From contig NC_057719.1 of assembly GCF_004010195.1 (NCBI RefSeq), positions 78,569,502 through 78,633,501 on the forward strand: DNA of 64,000 bases, in the 5' to 3' direction. The translations under genes were made by a program, and so were the position numbers. The notes under the pieces were generated by a model. The model saw only the letters and a program-made list of their open reading frames with translations. It was not told where the DNA came from and did no database searches. This document shows, in pieces, positions 1 through 11,671 of the stretch. Every line of letters starts with the position of its first letter. The stretch's first letter is position 1. This stretch comes from Chiloscyllium plagiosum. Its lineage: Eukaryota.

Positions 1-360
1 CCAATCAGCTTTCGAAAGTTCTTGCCTAATACCGTCAAAATTGGTCTTTCTCCAATTTAGAATTTCAACTTTTAGATCTGGTCTATCCTTTTCCATCACT
101 GTTTTAAATCTAATAGAATTATGGTCGCTGGCCCCAAAGTGCTCCCCCACTGACACCTCAGTCACCTGCCCTGCCTTATTTCCCAAGAGTAGGTCAAGTT
201 TTGCACCTGCTTTAGTAGGTACATCCACATACTGAATCAGAAAATTGTCTTGTACACACTTAATAAATTCCTCTCCATCTAAACCTTTAACACTATGGCG
301 GTCCCAGTCGATGTTTGGAAAGTTAAAATCCCCTACCATAACTACCCTATTATTCTTACA
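1..360 (-). mobile_element. CR1/HER1-like LINE fragment (endonuclease-linker region), truncated by window start
   Basis: Near-exact reverse complement of ~19240-19585; the antisense ORF 41..235 matches ORF 19362..19601. Confidence 0.9.
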
Positions 361-904
361 GAAGCTTTGAAGAATTAGAGGCAATTTTATTGAAACATAT
401 AAGATCCTGAGGGAACTTGGCAAGGTAGCTACTGAAAGGATGATTCTCCATGTGGAAGTGACTAGAAGTAAGAAACATTGTTTAAAATAAGTTGTCTCCC
501 ATTTAAGACAGAAGATGAGGACCTTTTTCTCTGAGGGTTATGAGTCTGTCGAAGTCTCTTTCTCAGACAGCAGTGGATCACTGAGTATTTTTAAGGCTGA
601 AGTATGCAGACTAACAAGGAAGTCAAACATGTGGGGCAGGCAGGAATGTGAACTCAAGGCCACAATCAGTTTAGCCATAACATCATCAAATGGTGAGGGG
701 CCAAATGGGCTACTCTTGGCCCTACCTCATATGTATTTTCCTAAACTGCGTTCCCATTCAGTATATTATTGTAGAGACTTGAAATAGTTGGATTTTGCTG
801 CAATTTTTATGGTGATTTTATTTAATTACCCTTTCAACCTGTAGTCATTAATTTCTACAATGCTGAAGTGCATAAAAAATTATTCATTGACCATGTGACA
901 GAAT

Positions 905-1562
905 AATGGCAAGAAATGGGTCAAGGAGTGACTGATGGAGTTTAATTCAGAAAACTGTGAGGTATTGCATTTTGGTAAGGCAAATCAGGGCAAGACTTAA
1001 ACACTTAATGGTAGGCTCCTGGAAGTGTTGTCAAGCAAAATGACATTGGGGTTCAGGTTCATAGTTCATTGAAAGTGGAGACTCAGGTAGACAGGGTAGT
1101 GAAGAAGGCATTGGTATGCTTGCCTTTATTGGTCAGTGCGTTGACTGTAGGAGGTCATGTCGTGGCTGTACAGGACATTGGTTAGGCCACTTTTAGAATA
1201 TTTAGAATTCTGGTCTCCCTGCTATAGGAAAGATATTGTTAAATTTGAAAGGGTTCAGAAAAGATTTACAAGAATGTTGCCGGAGTTCAAGGGTTTGAGT
1301 TAAAGGGACAGGCTGAATAGGCTGGGGCTATTTTCCATGGAGTGTCAGAGGCTGAGGAGTGACCTGATAGAAGTTTATAAAATCATGAGGGGCATGGATA
1401 GGGTGAATAACCAAGATTTTTTTCTCAGGGTAGAGAAATCAAAAACTGAAAGACATGTGTTTAAGGTGAGAGGGGCAAGATTTAAAAGGGACCTAGGGGC
1501 AACTTTTTCCCACTGCGGTTGGTGCATGTATGGAACAAGCTGCCAGAGGAAGTGGTGGAGGC
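905..1562 (+). mobile_element. Degenerate CR1/HER1-like LINE 3' region
   Basis: Remnant peptide RLRSDLIEVYKIMRGMDRV...FKVRGARFKRDL is typical of the CR1 ORF2 C-terminus; many frameshifts. Confidence 0.85.
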
Positions 1563-1564
1563 TT

Positions 1565-2760
1565 ATTATTGGCTTGGTAAGGATCCTGCAGGTGATGGTC
1601 TTCCTTTCCATCTGCCTTTATCCTAAGAGGCAATAAAGTTTACAGGTTTGGAAAGAGCAGTTGAAGGACCCTTCTTGCAATTCATCTATGTGCCAGTGGT
1701 GGAAGGAGTGAACAACTAAGGTGGTGGATATGATGTTGATTAACCAGGATGCTTTGAGCTGGATAATATTAAGCTAGTTGTAGTTAGTTCTTGGAACCAG
1801 TCACATCCAGGCAGGTGGAGAGTATTCCATTACACTTGTGACTTCTGCTTGTAGATAGTGAGACATTGGGGAAACAAAACATGAGCTCTTACCACAAATT
1901 TCACAGCCTCTGGTCTTTACTTGTAGGCACAGTATTGATGTGGCTTGTCCACTTCAGTTTCCGGTCACTTGTAAACATCAGTGTGTTAACGGTGGCGGCA
2001 TGTGGCAATGGCAATGCTATTGAATATCAAGGTGAGGTGATTACATTCTTTGTTGTTGGAGATGATCATTTCCGTGATTAATGTTTCTTGACACGTTTCA
2101 GCCAAAGCCTGGATGTTTTCGGGGTCTTGCAGCAGATGTACATGGAATGCTTCAGAACTTAGGAAGTTGGGAAGGGCACTGAACTCTGTGCAATCATGAG
2201 CAAACATCCCCACTTCTGACCCAATGATGGATGGAAGATCATTGATGAAGTAGCTGAAGATGGGTTGGGCCTTGGACACTACCCCGAGGAAGTCCTGCAG
2301 AGATGTCCTAGCGCTGTGATGACTGACCTACAACAACCACCACCATCTTCTTATGTGCTAGGTATCACTTACAACTGGTGGAGAGGTTTCCTCCTGATTC
2401 CAGTTGACATCAGTTTTGCTTGGCTTCTTGAAGCCGCAGTCAGTCAAGCTTGATGGGCAGTTTCTTACCTCACTTCTGGAAATCAGCTCTTTTATCCATT
2501 GGTTGTAATGCGATTTGGAGCGGTGTGCTAGCAGAAAACAATTTAAACACCAGTGAGCAGGTTATTATCGATTACATGCAGTTTGACAACACTGTTGATG
2601 AAACTGTCCATCATTTTTAAAGAACTGATGAGGCAGTAATTAGCAGGACTAGATTTGCTCTGCTTTTTTAAGAACCAGCTTTGTGGAAATTACCTGAATA
2701 ATTTTTCACATTGTCAAGTCTGTGCTACTTTTGTAGCTGCACTATGGCATGGCTTGACTA
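1565..2760 (-). mobile_element. Old LINE (CR1/L2-group, different family) RT remnant
   Basis: ORF 1986..2279 has FINDLPSIIGSEVGMFAHDCT, a degenerate RT FADD motif; related decayed sequence at ~51050-51530. Confidence 0.7.
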
Positions 2761-2994
2761 GGGATGGGGTAACCAGGAGACCACTTAAGTTGTGGATTTT
2801 AGGCACTGCTGTTTTGCAGCAACGTCAATGATTTTTTTTTTGGCTGATGTTCAGGCAATTCTTGCCTCTTCCATGAGAAAACTTTAGTCCAATTATTGGT
2901 AATTGGCCAAAAATGAAGACCAGGGCCTTGAAATTGGAGTCCATAATGTCACTGGTGCTGGCCCTTCAGAAATTCCTCTGACAACCCACTATCT

Positions 2995-3333
2995 ACAAGA
3001 TGATTAGGGGGTTAGACAGGGTCGACAGTATGAACCTTTTCCCGCGTATTGAGTCGGGTATTACAAGGGGGCATAGCTTTAAATTAAGGGGGGGTAGATA
3101 TAGGACTGATGTTCGGGGTAGGTTCTTCACTCAGCGAGTCGTTCGTTCATGGAATGCCCTGCCAGTAACAGTGGTGGACTCTCCCTCTTTATGGGCATTT
3201 AAGAGGGCATTGGATAGGTATATGGAGGATAGTGGGTTAGTATAGGTTAGGTGGGCTTGGATCGGTGCAACATCGAGGGCCCAAGGGCCTGTACTGCGCT
3301 GTATTCTTCTATGTTCTATGTTCTATGTTCTAT
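2995..3333 (+). mobile_element. 5'-truncated CR1 LINE 3' end with (TTCTATG)n tail
   Basis: ORF IRGLDRVD...TRGHSFKLRGGRYRTDVRGRFFTQRVV..WNALP followed by a 3'UTR and tandem tail; same family as 59140-61420. Confidence 0.9.
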
Positions 3334-3934
3334 AACCTCTGCCCACAGGGGGCATTCAAGGGCACACTAAAAATGCAAATGTGCAAAATGGCTTGATTGT
3401 GATGTTTTATGTGAACTTGATGTATAACCTACCATTTGTAACATTATATATTCAGTTTACATCCTATTATAATCATTCCAAGCTGATAGTGTTCCTTCCT
3501 CAGGGCCAGAAGGCCTGGTTTCAAGTTTGGCCTGCCAATATGGGATTGACATTTCAGGGAAAGCCAAGTCTGAACATTTGCTCGACTGTTAAGAATAGAA
3601 GCTTCCTATTCTTCGCATCAGTCTGATGTAGTCACACTTAATAGCCTGTGACTTCAGTGTCCCAAACAATAATACCTGACTACAGGTGAAGCAGTATTCT
3701 AACTAAACATTTTGCAAAAATGCAAAATGCCACTTTCAATTTGTTCTCGTTGCCCCATTTTATGAAGTTGGAAGTCTTCTTATTTCAAGGCATACCATCC
3801 TCCCACTCGCATCTTCACTGAACATAGGAAATAGGAACAGAGTGCCTCATTATGCCCATCAAGCCTGATCTACCATTCAACTAGATCACAGCTGATCTAC
3901 AGCTCAGTTCCACCTTCTCACATTACCCTATATA

Positions 3935-4610
3935 GAGAGAGTCATAGAGATGTATAGTTCGGACACAGACCCTTTGGTCCAACTCGTCCATGCTGCCGAC
4001 CAGATATCCCAACTCAATCTAGATCCACCTGCCAGCACCTAGTCCGTATCCCTCCAAACCCTTCATATTCAAATACTCATTCAGATATCTTTTAAATGTT
4101 GCAATTGTACCATCCTCCACTGCTTCCCCTGGCAGCTCATTCCATACACATGAAATGTTGAAAATGTTGCCCATTAGGTCTCTTTTATATCTTTCCACTC
4201 TCACCATAAACCTATGTCCTCTGGTTCTGGACTCCCCGATCCCAGGGAAAAGACTTTGTCTATTTATCCTATCCGAGCCCCTCATGATTTTATAAACCTC
4301 TATAAGGTCACCCCTCAGCCTCCGACGCTCCAGGGAAAACAGCCCCAGCCTATTCAACCTCTCCCTATGGCTCAAATCCTCCAACCGTAGCAAGATCCTT
4401 GTAAATCTTTTCTGAACTCTCTCAAGTTTCACAATATCTTTCCGATAGGAAGGAGACCAGAATTGCACACAATATTCCAACAGTGGCCGGAAGGAGACCA
4501 GAATTGCACACAATATTCCAACAGTGGCCTAACCAGTGTCCTGTACAGCCACACACAACATGACCTCCCAACTCCTGTACTCCATACTGTGATCAATAAA
4601 GGAAAGCATA
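3935..4610 (-). mobile_element. HER1-like LINE 3' fragment
   Basis: ORF 4019..4513 RPLLEYCVQFWSPSYRKD...; (CTCTATGA) tail seen as tcatagag at ~3940. Confidence 0.9.
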
Positions 4611-4611
4611 C

Positions 4612-4945
4612 GTTTGGTCAGAATATTGAGTACAGGAGTTGGGAGGTCATGTTGCAGCTGTACAGGACATTGGTTAGGCCACTGTTGGAATATTGTGTGC
4701 AATTCTGGTCTCCTTCCTGTCGGAAAGATGTTGTGAAACTTGAGAAAGTTCAGAAAAGCTTTACAAGGATGTTGCCAGGGTTGGAGGATTTGAGCTATAG
4801 GGAGAGGTTGAATAGGCTGGGGCTGTTTTCCCTGGAGAGTCGGAGGCTGAGGGGTGACTTTTTATAGAGATTTATAAAATCATGAGGGGCACGGATAGGG
4901 TAAATAGACAAAGTCTTTCCCATGGGATGGTGGAGTCCAGAGGGT
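4612..4945 (+). mobile_element. HER1-like LINE fragment in opposite orientation, abutting the previous copy
   Basis: ORF 4463..4867 C-terminal part IEYRSWEVMLQLYRTLVRPLLEYCVQFWSP. Confidence 0.85.
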
Positions 4946-5190
4946 ATCTTTCATATCTCAAAATCTATTGATCTCTACCTTGAACCTAGCACTGACTTGA
5001 GTCTCCACAGGTCTTCAGGTAGAGAATTCCAAAGATTCACTCCCTCTGAGTGAATAGAATCTTCCTCATCTCAGTCCTAAAAGACCTGCCTCATATTCTA
5101 GACTTTATCCTGTGGCTCTTGATCAACCAGAGGGAAACATCCTTTCAACATCAACCCTGACAAGCCCTATAAGGCTTTGGTGTACTTCAA

Positions 5191-5394
5191 GGAGAAAGTG
5201 AGGGCTGCAGATGCCGGAGATCAGAGCTGAAAATGTGTTGCAGGAAAAGCGCAGCAGGTCAGGCAGCATTCAAGGAACAGGAGAATCGACGTTTCGGGCA
5301 TAAGTCCTGAAGAAGGGCTTATGCCCGAAACGTCGATTCTCCTGTTCCTTGGATGCTGCCTGACCTGCTGCGCTTTTCCAGCAACACATTTTCA
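5191..5394. mobile_element. Palindromic PLE-derived mini-element (family 1) with 17-bp TSD
   Basis: Arms are reverse complements around the centre at ~5305-5315; gctttggtgtacttcaa duplicated at 5174-5190 and 5395-5411; sequence matches the 3' end of the PLE at 62740-62865. Confidence 0.85.
5307..5334 (+). ncRNA. Minimal type-I hammerhead ribozyme motif
   Basis: CTGAAGA-A-GGGC TTAT GCCC-GAAAC-GTC; palindromic ACGT stem III; short stem I agtc/gatt. Confidence 0.75.
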
Positions 5395-7194
5395 GCTTTG
5401 GTGTACTTCAATGAGATTACCTCACATTCTTCTATACTTTAAAGAATATAGGACTAGTCTTCTCAACCTCTCCTCCCATCCCGTTCCAGGAATCAATCCG
5501 GTGAACCTTTGTTGCTCTCCCTCTGTGACAAGTATATCCTAACTTCAGTAATCTGTATGTAATACTTGAACTGCTTTGTAACCCAGGCATTGTATAGTTG
5601 CAGTAAGACATCTTTACTCCTGTCTTCAAACCTCCTAGCAATCAAGGACAACTTCCCTTCTTACTTGCTAACTACATTTACATGATGGTTTTCAGGAGGT
5701 TCTGCATTGAATTTCCTTTTTCCTTTGTTTGCTTTATTTTAATTAACCCATCCTTTCTTTTAGCCATCTTTTGTGTTTCTAAGTGTACCAAATTAATGTA
5801 AGAGTCAGAGAGGTTTTACAGCATGGAAAGAGATCCTTCTGCCATCTTGTCCCTGCTGGTCATCAAGCATCTATTTATTCTAATCCCGATTTCCAGCACT
5901 TGGCCTGTAACCTTGTATCTCAATAAATGCACAGCTAAGAGGCCCCAGAAGACATGGAGACTGGTAGACCGGGTCTGAGCCCAGCAACCAATGATTTTCT
6001 TTTGTACGTCGGAGAGTTTATTCTTGCCTGTTTCACACTCATTATGCACTAAACTCTTGAACTTTTGAAAGGAGATGTGAAGGTGAGAAAAAACTGTCCA
6101 TGACTGAGCTGGCATATGCTTTCATTGTGGGGTCTAGAGAAACAATGTTGCCCTACATTATTTCCAGGGCAATAGAAACACTTTCCCATAATTTGTTACC
6201 TTCCTCAGGCTCGTCTGGCCAGGGTCGACCTGCTGTCGGCCCAGAATCCCCCAGGGCTTCCCCACTCAGGCCTCAGGTGGAAATTGCTGTCAGGCTCAAT
6301 TGGAAGATGCCACTTTAAGGAAGGACCCACATTGCTCTCTGCAAAGTATCACAGCAACCTGTTCAATGAAATAGGTGGAAATTACAACCTGTGGATAAGT
6401 CAATAAACTATTTTCCCATCAGTTTGTGTACTGGCAGACACAGAGGATTAAATAAAATTTCTCTGGAACTGTGGCTCTATTTCAGAAGCAAAACACAACA
6501 GATTGAGTCAGTTTATCTTAACAGGACAAGTGGGCCATATTTTGACTACCTGTTCTTTACCTAACAATTTTCTAATCCATTTTAATAGCAGTGTATTTGT
6601 CAGCATTTTAAGTAACCACAAGACAATATAGTTTTCCAACAAAATAGCCAGGCCCATCAGGGTGGAAAGGAATACAAAATGCTAGTGGACTGATAAAGAA
6701 TGTCTAATGGAATGTCACCTTTTCTCTGAAAGTGGCTGGAATACAAAAAAGAGGAAGCTATAGTAGTAAGGAGCTCTGGTTAGCTGTAGCTGGTTCAATC
6801 AGTTTTGAACATCAGAAACCAGGAAAGACAGTTAGATCTTGGAGCGGATACAACATTGCGCTCACATCATGATGCCAAAGCTTAAAGGGGCAGGTTACAT
6901 AAACTTGGTTTGTATTTCCATGAGTTTTAAAAATGATAATACAGTTGAAGTTTTTAAGACATTGGAAAAGGTTTAAAAAGATATATAAAGTTGCAGCCTG
7001 GAGAAGAAGTCACATGCTCTGTCCTTCACATAAAGTGTAGCGGAATTCTCTTCCCCTGAATCTCGCGAATAATCTCTTCATGATTAACTTATTGAATTCC
7101 GTGATAGATTGTCGCACAATAAAAGTTGAATTGGATTGTTTCCAGAATCAGGAAAGTATAGAGCAACTATATGTTGACAAAACGTGGAGTAGGA

Positions 7195-7376
7195 AGGGCA
7201 CAGCAGGTCAGGAGCAAGAGAGAGGATGTTTGGGGCACTTTAGGAGTCCTGATGAAGGGTCCTGCCCCAAACCATCAACGTTCCTGCTCCTGCGATGCTG
7301 CCTGACCTGCTGTGCCTTTTCAGCTCCACATCTTATCAACTCTGACTTCCAGAATCTGCAGTCCTTACTATCTCCA
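7195..7376. mobile_element. Degenerate family-1 PLE mini-element
   Basis: gcacagcaggtcagg...cctgatgaagggtcctgccc...gatgctgcctgacctgctgtgc...tctgcagtcc. Confidence 0.7.
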
Positions 7377-7692
7377 TAGAACAGTAAAGAATGGGCAGGA
7401 AAAATTATGAAATATATTCTGATCAGGTTATGAAGCAGCATACGTATTACAGGAAAAAAAGCTTGCTCACCTAAATGACCTTCTTTCAATCCACCGTTAA
7501 GTTACAATATTGAGTTGTCCATTATACATCTGTTTATTATTCTGTGTGCTTTCAGAACCATCAGTTCATTAAAACTCTGATTTTCCTTTTCTTCAAAACA
7601 GTCACTTTAACAAAGGTCATTTTAATTTGTACTTGTATTTTCTCATCACAAGAGATTTTGAATATTTGTGTGATTATAAAGCATTATGCATA

Positions 7693-8028
7693 ATATAATA
7701 GAGTCATGAGTAATCAATGTTCTGACATTGCCATTTGAATTAGCACCCCTCCTGCCCCTGCTCAGCCATAGTCTCTCATGCTCAAATATAAATGCAGTTG
7801 AATTGAATTGCAGGGGATTTGCACACACATCTCTGTTAACTGGAGCTTCACAGTGACCAAATATAATAGAGTCATGAGTAATCAATGTTCTGACACTGCC
7901 ATTTGAATTAGCACCCCTCCTGCCCCCGCTCAGCCATAGTCTCTCATGCTCAAATATAAATGCAGTTGAATTGAATTGCAGGGGATTTGCACACACATCT
8001 CTGTTAACTGGAGCTTCACAGTGACCAA
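7693..8028. repeat. Tandem duplication, 2 x 168 bp of non-TE sequence
   Basis: 7693-7860 and 7861-8028 are identical except for 2 substitutions seen. Confidence 0.95.
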
Positions 8029-8168
8029 GGAGGCCTCTATGTAACCAAATTTTGCCCACAAATGTACCCTATCGCGAGGGTGGTCAGATCAGATCAAAGT
8101 GTTATGAGGGTAAATCTGCAAGGGACAGCAGAGACACATGATTCATGAATTATAAAGGAATAATATAA

Positions 8169-8488
8169 GGGTGGTAGGGTGGTTCAGTGGTTAGCACTGC
8201 TGCCTCACAGCGCCAGGGACCTGGGTGCGATTCCCACCTCCGGCAACTGGAGTTTGCATAATCTCCACATTCTCCCCATTCTCCCCGTGTGTTTATGGGT
8301 TTCCTCCCACATCCAAAGACGGCAGGTCACGTGAATTGGCCAGGCTAAATTGCCAATAGTGTTAGGTGCATTAGTCAGGGGTAAATATAGGGTAGGGGAA
8401 TGGGTCTGGGTGGGTTGCTCTTCGGAGGGTCGGTGTGGACTTGTCGGGCCAAAGGGCCTGTTTTCATTCTGTAGGGAATCTAATCTAA
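8169..8488 (+). mobile_element. HE1-like tRNA-derived V-SINE
   Basis: A-box-like ggttcagtggttagc, B-box-like ggtgcgattcc, V-domain core, LINE-like tail gggccaaagggcctg...aatctaatctaa. Confidence 0.85.
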
Positions 8489-9309
8489 ACTGGGCAAGGG
8501 GACAGTGGAGGTTGAAGTGGGATGACAATTATCAGGCAAGAAAGCCTCTCAGTACTAAGATATGACAGCCACTTCCTTCCTTCAAAAGACTTGGGCTCTT
8601 TGGCCTTATTCAGGAGTGTGCCTTTAATGGATGCAGTGATGATTTCTCAGGTTTGGAAGGTCATTTCCAAATGAGAGTAGAAATGTCAGATTGGTAATGG
8701 TGGTACAGGCACAAGAGGCTAACTCCCATGACCTTGCAGTTTCTTGCCTTAGATCTACCCTTCCAAGCTCACAGTTGGCTTAGAATTCTGTCTTGAGAAT
8801 CTGAGCAGGAGCAGCAGAAATATAATCAATAGGTCTAGGCCTGGACCATACTGCTCCCAATCCTACCGTCATTCTACACGAAGTGGCTCTCAGACTGAAA
8901 GTGGAGTGGGTCAGCAAAGGAGACTAGAGTGGAAGTGCGTTGATCAGACTCCCCGCGTCAATGTCCTCTTTCTCCATCTTCTGTCTCATGAACCAATTGC
9001 ATTTCCTGATCTGCCAAAAGTTGGAGAAGTCATTGTTACACTTCAGTGAGGAGCCGAACAGGTGAGGCAAGGTTTTTCTTGGTCCTGATTAAATTGGCAG
9101 CCTGAGACTGTAGGCCATTGCTGAGGGCCATCATGGACTCTGTGGTCTGCCATGTCCAGCGATCCATCCAGGTCGGTGGCCATTCTTTCCATGAATGTGT
9201 ACATGAACACACATACCCAAAGCATTGTAGCGTTCACAATCTAAACTCTCCCTAGTCTTGTGCGTGCCCCTGGAAAGGCTGATAGAACCACTCAGATATT
9301 CTGCTGCTT

Positions 9310-9440
9310 CCTGGTGAAGAGCTCATGCTTGAAACGTCAACTCTCCTGCTCCTCGGATGCTAGCCTGACTGCCTGTGCTTTTCCAGCACCTCAGTTTTTG
9401 ACGCTGACTCTCCAGCATATGCAGTCCTCACTTTCTCCTC
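9310..9440 (+). mobile_element. Half-copy of family-1 PLE mini-element
   Basis: ctggtgaagagctcatgcttgaaacgtc...ccagcatatgcagtcctcactttctcc. Confidence 0.75.
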
Positions 9441-10685
9441 CTTGCGGCTTCTTCAGCTGAAGCTTAGCCACTCATTGGCCCCTGAAGCTCCACATCTGCA
9501 CTGAGCTAAGTGGCATTTGGAGGCCTCTGCACTTTCCCAGACGGCCTCTTCATGGCTATCCTTGTCTCGACCATTTCCTCACTTGCTTGTGAAAGGTGCT
9601 TGGCTGCCCACCTTTGGCAGCCCACATCGAAATGCGTGGATCTGAGTCGCCATTCTCCTCCTGAGGAGCGGATCTGGGAACCTATGGGAGATGCAAGACA
9701 TTGATTGCAAATAACTAATTCAGAAGGTTGCCATCCAGCTTTGTGGAGATTATTGTATTTAAGTTGCTGCTGCCATCCAGCCAGCATGTGTGGGTGTTGT
9801 CAGCCAAGGCTGTAGACACTGGCAGAATAGGCCAGCTTGATTGGCATCCAGTTGGGCAGGGCACCAGCTTCACTAACCTCAAGTCAGTCACCTGTTACTT
9901 CAAGGGAGAGAGCATGGAGATCTTGTGATCCTGGGATGGAGAACGAAATCCGATCCTCATTCAGAGTGTGGGCCATGCAGAGAGGAATGAGGTGGGAATT
10001 TGACAAGGTGAGGCAAGGTGCTAACCTTCTCCTCATGTCTCCCTTCAGCTGCCAGGTCTGCCAAGGCCCGAGAAACCCAGGCAGCCCAGAAACTGCTAGT
10101 CTGAGCAGTGGTCACGACAGGCTTTCTGATCGGCGTTACCAGAGCCACTGTCAGACACTCCTGAGAGAGGATAGCTCCCTCATGCACCAGGGAGAATCAA
10201 GGGATAATGGGACTGGTAGAGAATGATCTACTCCCGCTCCTATTTCTTGTATTCTTGGTGGCTGGTGTCAAGATAAACTGTTGGGGCTTCTTCAGTGGTC
10301 TCGTGTTGCTGTTACCCTCTTACTGAGGTTACTCAAAGTGGCAAGTCTGAAAACATCAATGCAGATGGCGAGAAGTTTGGGTGGGAAACGATTCCTCCAA
10401 GGTTGGACTATATGCAGCTTGCTATTCATGGCAGGTAACAGGGTGAAGGTAAATGAAGATCCATAAAGCCCATTAAGCAAGAAGACACGGTCACTGCTAA
10501 ATCAATGATTTAAATATGCAAGGGACTTGGGAGATTCACATGTATCTTCTTTCAGTTCTCTGCAGACTCTTCTATAAAAGATTGCCTTGTACTGTAAGAA
10601 AGGAGGAAAGGTGTCAGTGGGTATGTTGCAATATGTTTTCATGAAGTAATTGTCATTGCTGAAATTTGACAGACGTCAGAGATGA

Positions 10686-11024
10686 GGCAGCATGGTGATG
10701 CAGTGGTTAGCACTGCTGCCTCACAGCACCAGGGACCCAGGTTCAGTTCCAGCCTCGGGCGACTGTCTATGTAGAGTTTGCACATTCTCTCCATGGGTTT
10801 CCTCCGGGTGCTCCGGTTTCCTCCCACAATCCAAAGATGTGCAGATTAGGTGAATTGGTCATGTTAAGTTGCCCATAGTGTTCAGGGATGTGTAGGTTGG
10901 GTGCATGAGTCAGGGGTAAATATAAGGTAGGGGAATGGGTCTGGGTGGGTTACTCTTTGGAGGGTCAGTGTGGATTTGTTGGGCCCAAGGGCCTGTTTAC
11001 ACACTGTAGGAATTCTAATTCTAA
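10686..11024 (+). mobile_element. HE1-like V-SINE
   Basis: tRNA-like head, V core and tail as in the other copies. Confidence 0.9.
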
Positions 11025-11159
11025 TGTGGGCTTGAGACATGCAACAGAACGGGGTGGGGGGGGGGGAACTCGGTGAGAATGGGAAAAGATTAATTTGATA
11101 CAAAAGGTGAATTAAGAAATAATGATAAGAATAAATAATTGTTAAAAAGCAGGATGCGA

Positions 11160-11365
11160 CCAGTCAGCCAAAAGGGAGTAGACGGACCATGAACCTGAAC
11201 ATGACCTAACCTGCCATCTCTGCCATTCTGCAGCATGTGCTTACAATGCTTCCTGATCCTTGTAGAAACATGATGCCCTCCTTTCCACCTTCTTGACAAA
11301 GGCCACCAGCACTGCATTGTAGGAGCTGCCTTGGAGCTCTGTTCCTGGCTTGCTGCTCTCTTGGT
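11160..11365 (-). pseudogene. Probable Myb/SANT-like (Harbinger ORF1-type) remnant
   Basis: Frameshifted minus-strand peptide RAPR...NAVLVAFVKKVERR resembles the start of Harbinger-associated Myb/SANT proteins; recognised by eye only. Confidence 0.35.
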
Positions 11366-11484
11366 AGTCTGAATCCTACCAACAAAGGCTTTTGTGTCCA
11401 CTTCCAGGTAGAATGCAGGCCTACTGCAGGTAGGGTGCAGCCATCCACCTGCCCCTTAAGGAATGTGGACTACCTGTAAGAAGT

Positions 11485-11671
11485 CAAGAGTGTGGTGCTG
11501 GAAAAACACAGCAGCTCAGGCAGCGTCTGAGGAGCAGGGGAACCGACATTTTGAGCAGAAGCCCTTCATCAGAAATCGTCGATTCTCCTTCTCGGATGCT
11601 GCCGGATCTGCTGTGCTTTTCCAGCACCACACTCTCAACTCTAATCTCCAGCATCTGCAGTCCTCACTTTC
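11485..11671. mobile_element. Family-1 PLE mini-element with 13-bp TSD
   Basis: acctgtaagaagt at 11472-11484 and 11672-11684; internal inverted arms; mutated hammerhead core on the minus strand. Confidence 0.85.

Noticed and set aside
7646..8059. 137-aa ORF with an internal 56-aa repeat
   Set aside because: Explained by the 168-bp DNA tandem duplication; no splice or domain evidence
8169..8240. tRNA-like A/B boxes here and at other SINE heads
   Set aside because: They continue into SINE core and LINE-derived tail, so they are SINE heads, not tRNA genes
11051..11067. Poly-G run (G-quadruplex potential)
   Set aside because: Simple mononucleotide run next to a SINE; no supporting context
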